Assembly (NCBI GenBank): GCA_013239625.1
Contig: MU053934.1
Span: forward strand, 8,143,352-8,207,351
Direction of reading: 5' to 3'
DNA length: 64,000 nt
Source: Lama guanicoe
Taxonomy: Eukaryota
A program made the translations under genes and the position numbers. The notes under the pieces are model-generated. The model saw only the letters and a program-made list of their open reading frames with translations, had not been told where the DNA came from and made no database searches. Positions within the stretch are counted from its first letter, which is position 1. Each line of letters opens with the position of its first letter. Shown here in pieces: positions 22,551 through 34,860 of the stretch.

Positions 22551-23349
22551 GTGGGGACTCAGCTGCAGGGTCCGGGTAGGGAAGGGCCGTGGGGTGTGGG
22601 CAGGGAGAGGATTCTGCAGGGCCCCGCCTTGTGTGGCCTGGGGCACGTCACCTCCCAGAGCCTTGGGGGCGTCCTCTCCAACGGGGGTGCTGCTGTTGGG
22701 CGCAGTGGGGGTCCCGTGACGTGGGCGCCGAGGGCTTGGTTTACGCAGTTACTACTTTTCACTGTCGAGTAGCCACGTCTCAGCTCTTCTTTCAAAATTA
22801 ATCTCAGACTATCAGGTACTGAATAAGAACACGAGGTTTCCCTGCGACATTGCATCCGCTCACGGGTTTATCAAGTTGTGCTGTGCACCAGGCGTGGCTG
22901 CGGGTGAGGACACGGCCCTGCGCCTGCAGGCTTCGTGTCGCCCGGAGCGCCGTGGCTGACTCACGCCGAACCGTCCCTGGGCAGGGGCAGGCTCTGACGA
23001 GGTCCCCTTCCGCGAGGACGCTGTGCCCCGCAGCTTCCTTCAGCGCAGCGGGGAGCAGAGGACCTGCGGGGGTAACTACCGGCCCAGGGCCTTCAGGGCG
23101 GTGACGGAGCCTGCGGGCCCCTGGGCGCGTTACCTGCGCGTGGCGGTGTAGGTATCCGGCCACCTAGACTTTGCTTAACTAGGGGCAGGTGGTGAGGCCG
23201 GGTCTGGCCACCACATGGCTTCCGGTGATCTCTCTTAGCCGGAGCTGCTGACTTCTCAGACACAGCCTGACTTCAGCTAATGAGGATCCATGGTGTGGCG
23301 CCGCCCTTGGAAGCTAAAACTGATAAAGCCCTCACGAGGCGGCCAGCCC

Positions 23350-23850
23350 GGAGCAAAGCGCTTGGCATACATGAACTTACTGAATCCTCCCAACGACCTC
23401 CTTAGGGGGGACTGAAGCCATCCTGTTTTACAGATGAGACCATTAAGGCACAGAGAGGTTAATTAACTTGTCCAAGGTCACACAGATTAAATGGTGGACC
23501 TGGGATTTGAACCCAGGCTGCTGAGGCCAGAGTTGGTGCTCCCTCACCACCTCACGTGGTGGCCACCTGAGAAGTCTGTGTGTGATGTCGTGCGGGGACA
23601 CAGCAGGGGGCAGATAGCAGACTCTCAAGCCAGACGGGCACACGTTGCCCCTGGGCTCTGAGGATGCCTCCTCCACCTCAGCTGTGTGGCCTCGGACCTG
23701 GACTTCTCTGAACTTCAGGCTCATCTTTTAAAATGGGTCTAAGGATACCAACCTCATAGAACTGTGAGTAAAAAATGAGGTGACCAGCATCCAGTGTTTC
23801 ATATATTGCCAGGCACACTGTAGACACCCAATAAATGATACATTTGTGGT
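23350..23850. mobile_element. Two MIR SINEs in opposite orientation
   Basis: tttacagatgag...aggcacagagaggttaattaacttgtccaaggtcacacag; ctctgaacttcaggctcatcttttaaaatggg. Confidence 0.8.
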
Positions 23851-24635
23851 TTTATTGTATTTTCTGGGCGTATAAACAGGACGATTTCTTAGGTTTGTAT
23901 TCTACATGTTTCATCTTTATCTCTCACTTGGTAAAGTAATGGCATTTGGAGAATAATGGCACATGTGAAGATGTCTTTAGGGACAGCTGGATAAAAGGGG
24001 CTATTGAAGTCCCTGGCGTTTGGGTGGTATTACCAGGGAATATTAGCAGAGAAGATTCCAGGCCAAACTAATAACATCAGAACAGACCTAACATGAGCAA
24101 ATTCCATTAAGGACTTCGCGGGGTAGTTTCCCCCAATATCCGATCTTGTGTCTTGTGTCTTTGAAGAGACTGAGTGGGATTATATTAGCGTACGATGTGC
24201 TGGTGCTGGGATGACAGTGTTATCTCTGAGCACACAGACAGAACAGGCAGATATTAACGCAGCCCAGCGAAATGAGCCCGGTGCGAGCTCTGCCTCCTCC
24301 TGACGGAGTGATTCTGTCCTTAACCCTGTTTTCTCCAGCGCTTCTGTAGCTCACGGCATGGTGTGTGGTTTAAAGACTGAACTGAGGCCATTTCACAGAA
24401 AATGTGAGAGTAGCTCATTGTATGGAGCAGGTGCCACGTGCTAGGCGGCCAAGGCCTGCTCTGAAGGACCGCTGCCCCTCTTTACGACCGTACTGCGAGG
24501 TCAGGGAGGTCGTCCCCATTTCTCAGAGAGGAACCTGGGGCTTGGGGAGGTTGTGTGATTTCCGGAGGGCTACGCAGCCTGCAGGAGACACGGTGGGATC
24601 CTGCAGGCTCCCTGCCCCCAGCCCCCTCCTTGCAG

Positions 24636-24737
24636 TTTGCAGATGGAGTCATCCTGCTCCTGCTGATTGGACAGCTGAGAGGTTTCTTCCTGCACTTGAA
24701 GGAATTCTATCTCACTCCCAGCTCTCCTGCGGAAATG
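24636..24737 (+). CDS. PARVG: Gamma-parvin coding exon 10 (102 nt): FADGVILLLLIGQLRGFFLHLKEFYLTPSSPAEM
   Basis: ttgcag acceptor; gtgagt donor at 24738; CH2 FADGV motif. Confidence 0.97.
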
Positions 24738-24874
24738 GTGAGTTTTCTCAAGACATCCCTTGCTGGTCTCCTTCTGAGTGGACAGACATAGGGAACTGGT
24801 ATGACCAGGCTTTCTTCAGTTCCAGATGAAGTGAGAGGTAGAAGGAAATTTGTTTGTTTGTCCATATGTCTGTC

Positions 24875-25211
24875 CAGCCATCTACCAGTCTCACCCATCA
24901 ACCCTCACACCTATCCACCGACTTGCCCATTTGCTCATCCACCCAACTCATCTACTCATTCACCTGCTTGCCCATTCATTGTCCACCTGCCCATCCATCC
25001 ATCCACCCATTCATCCATCCTTTCATCCATCCATCATCCATCCATCCATCCATTCATCTGCCCATCCATCCATCCATCTATCTGCCCATCTGCCTTTCCC
25101 TGCCTATTCATCTGTCTATCCATTTATCCATCTTCCAGTCCATCCATCTGATAATCCATCCATCCATATATCCATTTATCCATCCATCCATCCATCCGTC
25201 CATCCATCCAT
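24875..25211. repeat. (TCCA)n tetranucleotide repeat, degenerate
   Basis: Long catccatcc arrays. Confidence 0.95.
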
Positions 25212-28200
25212 GTAGCTTATCCTCCATTTTCTGAGGTCCTGCTTGATGTCAGGCCCTGTGGGCCATAAAGACAATCCAATACAGCTCCTGCTTTTGAGGA
25301 CCCCTCAGTCTACACTTGCTGAACCGTCAGTGATGTACGGTCTTCCAGGGCCGTGATGAAGTGCGTTGGTTCTTGGTGGGTGGCCAGCGGGGGACCTGAA
25401 TGAAAGTGTGGTTAGTAGAACCTGCAAGAGTCAGGAGAGGCCTTGCATGGGAGGTGGCACTGAAATTGACTAGGCGTGGTTTCCAGAGTTAACTAGGGAG
25501 GGCCCCCCAGGGAGGGAACAGTGACAGCAAAGGTTCAGAGGTGGCAGGGGTTCCGGCCTTGTGGGATGAGGAGTCCTTGAATGGATCCTGCAGCCTGGGA
25601 GGCAGCGGTGCAGGCTCAGAACTGGCATGCCATCACCTCCTCCTCGTTCACTGGCCAGAGCAGGTCCTGTGGCCTTGGTGGGGAGGCGGGGGAGCCCTGC
25701 GGTGTGCGGTGCCGTGAGGATGCAGAACAGGCCAGTGAGGTGCTCTCCCAAGGGCACAGTGGACGAACGTGCCAGTTCCTCCCTGCATCTGAGCAGGAAC
25801 CAGCCTCACCCCCATTTCCATCTGAGGACGCTGAGCTCAGAGAGAGTCAGTAAGCTGGTCAACCAGTTTGGGTCAAGGTCAGATTGGCATCCAGGCTCAT
25901 CTGTCTCCAAAGCCAGAGGGGCCTCCTCGTCTCCTTCCTGGGGAGCCAGGCCGAGCCCCACGGGAGACGGAGGGGGTGACACCCCCAGGGCTGCAGGGAC
26001 CGTGCGAGGGCTTAGGCGTGTCACGGCGAGGCTGAGACCGGGGCGCTGACCCTTCACCCAGAAGGCAGGACGCTGGCATATGAGCGGCGAGGGAAGGTGG
26101 GAGGATGGCGCCCGTGGGACGAATGGCTCCGAGCGGGGACCCTCTGTGTTGCTCGGCTGTTGGGGCTTCCTGGGGCGCCGAGGCCTGTGCTCGACATCTG
26201 CACACCCCCAACCCCAGTACAAGCCAGGGTCAAATGTCCTGACCTCTAAGGCCCCGTGTGCAGCTGGCTTGGTGATGCCGCTGATTTTAGAGCCAGCTTC
26301 CGAAGATGAGCCACATTGTAGACGAGGGGAAGCAGCAGCCTCTGCTCAGGCTCCTGAGAATGAGTTTACGGTGCATCGTAGGAAAGCGCAGCTGCGGGAA
26401 AGCATCGTCAAAACGCTGAAGAGGTCGTTGTGGCAGAGCGCGGCCCAGCGGCCCTTTCCGAGGGTGGGGCACCTGAGGGACTCTTATCTTGGCAGAGTGG
26501 CCTCTGGAAATTGAATTTCTCATTATCAGACCTTCCATGCTGGTGGCGTCTGTGTGAGATTGCCACTTGTTGAGGGAAGAGGAGAAGAGATGACAGAGGA
26601 GAGGCACCATCTGCTCGGCAGAAATGAAAACGCTGGGGCCAGGAATCGGTGGCTTCCTCCCACGTGCAATTCCTTCTCCCCAGGGCGGTTTGAATGCATC
26701 CTTCTGGGTCGTAACCTTTCCGCGGCTCCGTGGAACGTGATCGTGTTGCTTTCATCACCTCAAACTGTGCATGGAAGAAAAATGACGCTTTGAGTAGAGT
26801 GTGGTGAGATGGTTCTGGAGCCCGGGGCAGCGCCTCCAGGTCGGCCTGAGCACTGTCGAGGAGCGGGACCCAGAGAAGCGAGCTCCATCGTTGTCCTAGC
26901 GTCGAAAGCAACAGTCCACAAAGTGCGAACTCCTCTATGGCGAGGCCAGAGCGCAGGACACTCAATCAGTATCTTGTTAAATAAGTGAAAGAACGAAGTA
27001 TTTCCAAAACACTGGACTTGTGAGGGGCTCTGTACAATGGATCCCATGGTCAAATCACTTGGGAAAACATGCACAGTTTCAAAGGCTCAGGAGATGCCAT
27101 AATGTATTCAAGGCTCTGAGAAGTCCTGCAGCAAAGGACTTCCACATGACTTGGTGGAAGCCAGCCTTGGCGGAAGCCAGCCTTGGCGTCTCGTTCTCAC
27201 TCTGACCTTTACTCTCTGTGCATCCTGTGAATACTGTTCATGACAAGAATGTGAATAACAGTGACAGTTGCAGCCCTTATTTTCTAGAATTTTCCAGTCT
27301 CGGAGAAGACTTGGGGACATAGTGACGGGATGAGTGATGGAGGTCTGACTGACTCACTCTGAGGTTTCCTTCCACCTGGTCTGGACATCCCCAGAGGTGT
27401 GTCCCACCTGCTTGGGAGCATTGCTCCTCTGTGACAGCCTTGGCTTATTCTTGTCCAGCTACAGAGCAGACAGCTCTGCTGAGCTGATGACCAGCCTCTG
27501 CCGCTCCCTCTCTGTCATCTTGGACCTACCCCCAGCTCAGCCACTCTGTCCATGTGATGCTCCAACACCAACTGTCCCCAGGAGAAGGATGCTCCCTCTG
27601 CCTTCCAAATCCCTGTGGTCCTGCGGCCACCAGGGAGCCGGCTGGCACGAAGGTCTCCAGCTCCGTGCCCTGGGAACAGTGGGAGTCCCTGCAGGTGGCT
27701 GCGGGTGCTCCCCTGGCCCCACCCTGTGTCCTTGGACCAGGGCTGTGGCCCACCCTTTCCCTCTCAGAGAGAGTTCTTTCTCGGGGGCTTCGGAGACCCA
27801 CACATCTCACTTCCCAGCCCTTGTGGGAGCCCGGGCACTGGGAATTTGTAGGGATGCCCTGGCTGAGGCCAGCCTCCTACTGTGCCTTCATTATTCCAAC
27901 TTCAGATCTTGCTTTGTACTTTCAATTCTGTCTCCATCATCCCATTCAACCCGCACGGCAGCTTGGAGAGGCAGCTGGAAGATATGCTATTTAAGACCAG
28001 GAGACAAAGGCCCAGGCAGGACGTGTGATTTGTCGACATGTGACTTGTGACCTGATGGGGGCTGGTGCACAGACATCCAACCCAGATCTGCCAGACCTAC
28101 CAGGAGGTGACCGGCGGTGGCCTCGGCAGAGCTGGCCTCCTCAGATGGGCCTCCCTTGTCTGCTGCTCAGCCAGCCGGGCCTCTGGGCCCCTGGCTAGAT

Positions 28201-29206
28201 TGCCATGGGAACTTTCTGGCCTGTTTGAAGCAGGCTTCGGGGCCGGGATGGCTGGTAGATGGGAAGATGGGACGAGCCCGGCCGGCCAGTCTGGGGCATC
28301 CGGCCTGCACGGAGGCCCCGTGAGTGGCTGAGCCCAGTGGCTGCTTGAGGTCACAGTGAGTCGGGGGCTCAGCTGGCTTTAGTCCTCGCTGGTCCTGCTT
28401 CGCCCCATACCCTCTCTCCACCACACCAGGCGGCTGCCCAGAGCAGGGCAGGGGTCTTTTCAGTTGTGTCTGAGGCCCCAGGGAGAAACCAGTTCTGAAA
28501 AGGCAGGACTCCGCTAACAGAAGAGCTGCTCTCAGCCGGGGCTGCCGGGGCTCCCTGGGGCTCCCCACCCAGTGTCCCTTATCAAGGCACAGGGGAAATG
28601 GTGGTGACCCCACTTTGCAGGGAGCAAGTGGAGGCCTGGAGGCGCCAAGGGGCTTGCTTGAGGTTACCTGGGGACCGAGTGGGGATCTGAACCTGGGTGG
28701 GCCTGACTGAGGCCCAGGCACCCTCCCCGGGGCTGGAGGCAGCACCAGGCAGAGGGGCGGCAGCAAGGACAGGCACCTGGGCGGGGGCGGCTCCTCCAGC
28801 CCCCAGCCCGCTTTGCACAGGCGTCAGAGTAAGACAGACCCAGTTCTGGCACTTTCTGTCCCGGGAGTTCAGATGAGCCCTGTGGAGACTCTGAGCCTCG
28901 GTTTCCTCCTCTATGCTTAATCTGTGGAACTCAGCTGTTTCTGCGGGAGTCTCTGTTGCTCATGGGTTTAGGGACTACATCCAGAAAGGTCAGAATGAAC
29001 CTATGTTCCTTCCTCTGGCTAAGTCCCCTCACCGGGCAGGACTCACCCTCAGGTGTCACCTCCACCAGGAAGCCTTCCCTGATTTCTGGGCTGTGTGCCT
29101 TCATCGGGGACGGCCTTTACCATGAAAGGTGGCCCCCTTGAGGCATGCTGGGTGCTGGGTGGGGCTCCTCATCTTGCCAACATCTGATGGGGTCTTGTGA
29201 TCGTAG

Positions 29207-29279
29207 CTGCACAACGTCACCCTGGCCCTGGAGCTGCTGAAGGATGAAGGTCTTCTCAACTACACCGTCAGCCCTGAAG
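29207..29279 (+). CDS. PARVG: Gamma-parvin coding exon 11 (73 nt): LHNVTLALELLKDEGLLNYTVSPE(D)
   Basis: tcgtag acceptor (weak pyrimidine tract); gtgcgt donor at 29280. Confidence 0.95.
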
Positions 29280-29742
29280 GTGCGTGCAGCGGCCCCATTC
29301 CTAGGCAGCCAGAGTGGGCCGCAGGGTGTGGGGACGGACATGTTGGTGCAGCCTTTTGCCTAGCATCGTGGATAATGAATGTTTGTTGAGTTTTCCTGGG
29401 GGTAAGGGGTGTGCCCTCAATTTCCACCCACCCTAGTGCAGGGCAACCCTGGGGAGAGGGGATGAAGGACCAAGATCCCCGGGGGGGGCTGTCCAGAGAG
29501 GTGAGACCTTGAGGGGGACCCCACAAGAGGGTGTAGGGGAGGACTGGACAGGAGTTGGTGGCGGCAGGGCCCACGTGAGGGGTCCTGGAACTTGGGCAAA
29601 CTGTCCTGGTCTGCCAAGAATTCTCCTGGGGTTAGCACTGAAGTCCGGTGTCCCAGGAAATCCCTCGGTCCCGGGCAGACCCGGACGGTCGGCCGCCGCC
29701 CGCACAGGCCTGAGTGCTGCCCTGCCCTCCCCCGGCCTGCAG

Positions 29743-29852
29743 ACATCGTGAACAAGGACTCCAAGAGCACACTGCGGGTCCTCTACTGCCTGTTCTGCAA
29801 GCACAAGCTGGAAGAAAACACGGACGGGATGCCCCAGGGACCCCCCAGTTAA
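29743..29852 (+). CDS. PARVG: Gamma-parvin last coding exon: (D)IVNKDSKSTLRVLYCLFCKHKLEENTDGMPQGPPS*
   Basis: ctgcag acceptor; TAA 29850-29852; exon lengths sum to 996 nt = 331 aa + stop. Confidence 0.97.
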
Positions 29853-31090
29853 CTGCCACTGCCTCCCAAAGCTGCCTCTCGGAGCCTGCCTGCAGGGCCC
29901 AGCTGGAGGGCCCGAGGGCCGCAGAGGGATGGTCCCGCGGTCTAGCTAGCCCTGGGGACTCCCTGTTTTCCTGTGTGTCTGTGGCATGCCTGCCCCACCA
30001 CCCCCTTCCCTGTCTCCTGTTTCCATCCTTCTGAACATCTTTGAACCCACTAGGCGTGGCTCCGCTCTGAGTCAACCTCTGGCCCTGCTCAGTTTATTTT
30101 AACAAAGGTATTTCTGGGAAGGATTCTGGGAGCCCTCTGGTGTCCTGAGAAGGACCCTTAAATATGCACAAATATGAGTGGACCCTCCACGCAGGCCCTC
30201 TCCCCACTGGGAGGGCATGGGAGGTGCTCAGGGTCCAGTCTCTGAGGACACTTCCCAGGACAGTGGTGCTGACCTGCCCTGGGGCTGAGGATCTGGTCCT
30301 GCGAGCAGAGGGTCTCTGGGTGTCAGGGCTGAGGGCCAGAGGGACCCCTGCCTTCCCACACTCAGCTGCTGCTGCCCTCTGGACTCTCACAGAGGGTGAA
30401 GGGCCCCGAAGTCACCCTCCAGAGGCAGTTCCTCATGGCTCCAAAACCAGGCCCCTGTGCCCCTCGGGGAAGTTAATTCAGTTACTTGGTGGAGGAACTG
30501 TGACCTGGGCCCACACTTACGGGCGTGATGGTGAGCTTTGCCCAAACGTCACAGAGAAGAAATCTTTGTGGTTGAGTAGTGGGTCAGACATCTCCCAGTC
30601 TGTCCCCAAGGAGCTGCTGTGTTGCTCCCTTTGCTATGTGTATTTCTCAAAAAAAAAAAAAAAGGAAAGAAATTAAAAATGTCCTTGTGGGAAGACTGAG
30701 CAGGGGGTCCCAGGAGCTGACAGCTGGTGGGAAGCAGCCTGGAGGAGGCACAGCGGGTGGGGAGAGGCTGGCAGGGGAGGGCTGGGTGGCTGGTGCCGGG
30801 CCCCTCCCCTGCTCTCCCAGCTCCAAGCCCCCGCAGAGGACAAAGCCCACTGGACCCAAGGTCATCACAGTTTGACAGCCTTGGATTTGGGGGGGGGCCT
30901 TGGGGCACTGGCTGGCGTGGGCCAGGCCATCTTTGCCAGACCAGCTGCTAGAGCTTGGAGGATGCTCTACAGGGAGTGACATCAGGAACCCTTGGAGCTG
31001 GTGTCTGGGTGTGAGATGAGCTTGAGTGGGCTTCCCTCCACCCCACCCCCATCCCTGGTCCACCTGCTCCCTTCACCTCCTGATTCACAG

Positions 31091-31368
31091 GTAATTAGGT
31101 GTAGATGAGGCCATGAGGGTGGGGCCCCCATTATAGGATTAGTGTCCTTGTAAGAAGAGAAAGAGAGAACAGAGCTCTCTCTGCCATGTGAGGGCACAGC
31201 AAGAAGGTGGCCGTCTGCAAACCAGGAAGAGAGCCCTCCCCAGGAACCAAATCATCTGGCACCTGCATCTTGGACTTCCTAGATGCCAGAACTGTGAGAA
31301 ATAAATGTCTGTTTTTAAAGCTGCCCAGTCTATGGTATCTTATTATAGCACCCAGAGCTGACTAATAC
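31091..31368 (+). mobile_element. MaLR LTR (MLT1A-like), contains AATAAA 31300-31305
   Basis: gatgaggccatgagggtggggccc...cagaactgtgagaaataaatgtctg...gactaatac. Confidence 0.85.
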
Positions 31369-31371
31369 GGA

Positions 31372-31633
31372 TTCTCAATACAATTAGTTATTAGGGAAAT
31401 AAAATTAAAACTACAATGAGATCCCACTATACGTTCTTCAATTCAGAATGGCTAAACTGAAGAGACAGACAATATCAAGTGTTGACAAGGATGTTGAACA
31501 GTTAGAATTCTCATACATCTCTGGAGGGAATACAAAATGGTACATTTACTTTGGAAAACAGTTTGGCAGTTTTTCATAAAGTAATACATACATTCACCAT
31601 ATGACTCAGCCATTTCACTGCTAGGTATTTATC

Positions 31634-31677
<44 letters not shown>

Positions 31678-32110
31678 GACTTACACACGAATAGCAATAC
31701 TGTTCATAAAAACCAGACTGGGAGAACCCAAATGTGCATCGCTGGCAAAGGCAGAAACAAATCAAAGCTTGTCCATAGAGAGGGGTTCTGCTCAGGGACA
31801 AAGAGGAAAGGGGTAGTAACACAAACCCAGCGAGGATGCTGTCAGCAGCGTCAGGCTAAGTGAAAGAAATGAGACAGAAGGCTACAAGCTTGTAAGAAAT
31901 TCTAGAAAAGGCAGAACTCTGATTTCCAGGGCTGGGGACTGGACCAGGCAACTGACAGCAGAGAGGCCCAAGGGAACTCTGGGGTGATGGGAAAGTTCTC
32001 CACATAATGGATGTGGTGGTGGTTACGTGACTGTACGCATTTGTCAAAATTCATCAAGTTGTACACTTAAAATTGGGAAACCTTTTGTAGATTGTTCCTC
32101 AATAAAGCTA
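31372..32110 (+). mobile_element. Old L1 (L1MB/ME-like) ORF2 end and 3' UTR
   Basis: aaaactacaatgagat; ttggaaaacagtttggcagt; ccatatgactcagc; ends aataaagct at 32101. Confidence 0.85.
31635..31671. repeat. Poly(A) homopolymer, 37 nt
   Basis: Uninterrupted A run. Confidence 0.95.
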
Positions 32111-32499
32111 TACAAATTAATTGAAACATTTTCTAATTTGCTGTCAAACCCAACAAAGGTGAGAATTGCCAACCAGGAGAGGGAGAGGCCTGTCTAAGGA
32201 AGGTTGATTTCACACTTTGGCGGAGCCTGGTGTGAAGACGGAAGTGGGGCCCCGGGGGGACGCAGCTGCTGATGCTTGCAGAGGCCTGAGCCCACAGGAA
32301 GGCTCCTGAAGGGAAAAGGTGAAATGTGAGAGGGAGCGCCTTAATGGAGAGAGATACCTGAACAGGTGGAAGGAGCTGGGCTCCAGGTACAGGGAGGAGC
32401 ACGGGGGAGGGGAGCCAGCGGGAAAGGGGCCGACATGGGAACAGAGCGCGTGCCCCCCTAGTGCCCGCCTGTAGCGCATGCCCACGGGGACTGTCGGGG

Positions 32500-32945
32500 C
32501 CTTTTGATGTCCTCTTTATCCTTTGTAATATCTCTTGCTCTGAAATCCACTTTGTGTGATATTAGAAGATATCTTCTAGTGTTAGCAAGTACTAAAAGCA
32601 ATCTTTTGTAGTCTTTTCCTTTTAAACGATCTGTGCCTTTACATTTAAAAAGAGTTTCTCACAGTTGCACACATAGTTGTGCCTTCTTATCTGCTCTGAA
32701 TACCTCTGCATTTTAATTGCAGGGTTTGGGTCATTAAATTTTTTTGTTGTGGTAAAATACACACAACGAAATTTTCCATTGTAGCCATTTTAAAGTGTGC
32801 AGTTCAGTGGCCTGAAGTACGTTCGCACCATGTGTAATCATCACTACCATCTCCAGAATTCTTTTCATCTTGCAAAACTGAAACTCTACACCCCTTGAAT
32901 ATTAATTCTCCATTCCTTCCTCCCTCCCGCCCCTGGCAACCCCCG
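32500..32945 (-). mobile_element. Old L1 fragments, antisense
   Basis: ttgtggtaaaatacacacaac...ttttaaagtgtgcagttcagtgg...ccatctccagaattcttttcatcttgcaaaactgaaactc. Confidence 0.75.
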
Positions 32946-34489
32946 TTCTCCTGCCTGACCAGCCTGGGGCGCAGCGTCCCCGGGGCTCCCACACCAAACT
33001 CACCAGGTCCAAGTCAGAACTCGCCCCTTGCCCTGTCCTCCTAATTCCCCGCCTCTTTGGCTCCTCCAGCCTCCGGGCCCCCAGGTCCTGAGACCTGTGG
33101 ATCGCTCTAGACCCTCGCGTTCTCCCCACCTGAGTACCAAATCCTTTCTGCCGCACCAGCCATCAGGTTGGATTAGTGACTCCCCAGCTGAGCTCTCTGT
33201 GTCTCTCCCCTCTCGCCCCAGTTCTGCACCAGCATTTGGAGTTTTTCTGTCCTGGGAACCTGATCGCATTCCTGTCTGCTCTAAACCTCCCCTGCTCCTC
33301 GGTGCTCGGGTCCTCCCGGTGCTGCTGGCTTTGTGTCTTCTTGCTGACTGTGTTCTAACTCCCCCCTCCCACCCCTTCCATACTGCTTTCAGTTCATCCC
33401 CTGAAAGCCCCATGGTCTTTATAGGCCTTTCTGATGCTGTCATCCCTCAGCCCACCCACCCTTTTTTGTGAGCTTATCCCTCACAAAGGGGGCATCTTGA
33501 AGAGAGACAGGAGGAGAAATGAACTCTGGGTCAGGGTGGACAACGGGGGCGCTGGTCCCAGGGCTTGAAGTGGGTGGAGGGAATGGCCAGGGAGCCCCCC
33601 ACCCCCGCCCTCGCTCTCCCTCTCTCCTCCATCCCAGGAAATCCGAGCCCAGTTGGAGTTGCAGCAGGAGCTGGAAGCAAGATGGTTCTAGTGGGCTGAG
33701 CTGGAAAGCATCCAGGGTCTGAGAAGGAGCTGGCAGCCTTGGGCTGGAGTGCCAACAGCCTCGGAGTGATGGGAAATGCCTCGAAGGCCGGGGTGCCTCG
33801 GGGCTGAGCTGCTTCCCAAAATAATCCAGGGGGCAGCTGTCTCAGATTCTGAAACTAGGTCTGGCTGCCTGAGCGGCAGGAGGCCCCGGCCCCACACCAG
33901 CCTCCCTTTGGGAACAGATGGCCCTGGGAATATTTTTTTCCTTCCCCAAAGTCAGCTGGTAAGCGAACAGCTTGTCTGGAGAAGAGTGTTTCTCCCCTCC
34001 CTCTCTCCTTTGGAAACAGATCAAAGCTGCCACCCCCTCCCCCAGTCCCTGCCCCAGCGGGCCTTCCTTTTTATAAGACTTGGGCGGCCGAGGCAGAGGG
34101 ACATCACTGGCCTTCTTGCCTGAGAGTTCACAGGGTCCTCACCTGCTGGCGGGTTTGACTCAGGGAGCAGCCGCAGCCCTTTGGTCTATGGGGGCCTGGG
34201 TTGAGCTGGGACAGCAGATTGGCTGGTTGGAAAATGGACAATAGGGATGTCCCAGAAGTGATTCTTCTAAGAGCCAGCCAAGTGACCTGGATTGGCCAAA
34301 AATGATATGATTTCGTTCATTTATCTATAAATGTTTCAAATCGATTGGGATGCTAATTGCAGGTGAGATTTTGCGTCTGTACAAATCATCGTGCACAAGC
34401 CATTCCTAAGGGGCCTTCCTAAGCACCCGTTGTGTACAAGCCCCGGGCTCAGAGCTGGGGATGCAGAGATGGCTCAGAAGGAGCCGGAC

Positions 34490-34730
34490 AAGGCAGGTTG
34501 TGCAGTGGTTAGAGCTCGAGTCAGACTCTGAGGCGTAAATCCTGGGTGCATCCTCTACCTGCTCTGTGATGCTGGGTGGACCACTTACCTCCCTGAGCCT
34601 CAGTTTCCTTTTCTGTCAAATCAAAGCCATAAGGAATCTACTCTTTGTAAGGTCATTATGAAAGTTAAAGAAAAGAATCCATGTAAAGAGCTTGAAACAT
34701 TGCTGGGCACAGAACATTCAGTAATGTCAG
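34490..34730. mobile_element. MIR SINE
   Basis: cacttacctccctgagcctcagtttccttttctgtcaaa. Confidence 0.75.
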
Positions 34731-34734
34731 AGGA

Positions 34735-34860
34735 CATCACCACCATCATCACCATCATCACCATCATCACCACCACCAACATCATCACCACCACCGTCAT
34801 CACCATCATCACCACCACCATCACCACCACCATCACCAACATCCATCACCATCATCATTA
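34735..34860. repeat. (CAC/CAT)n trinucleotide repeat
   Basis: catcaccaccatcatcaccatcatcacc... Confidence 0.95.

Noticed and set aside
24801..25234. HPSI-repeat ORFs (also 20653-20898)
   Set aside because: Translations of (TCCA)n microsatellites
27151..27188. 16-bp tandem repeat ttgg(t/c)ggaagccagcc
   Set aside because: Simple slippage duplication, no spacers, not CRISPR-like
27397..28766. 217-aa and 199-aa ORFs in the PARVG intron
   Set aside because: No domain similarity or splice support; consistent with stop-poor GC-rich DNA
32445..32466. CTCF-like motif (reverse complement GCACTAGGGGGGCAC)
   Set aside because: An extra G breaks the core spacing; chance matches are common at this GC content
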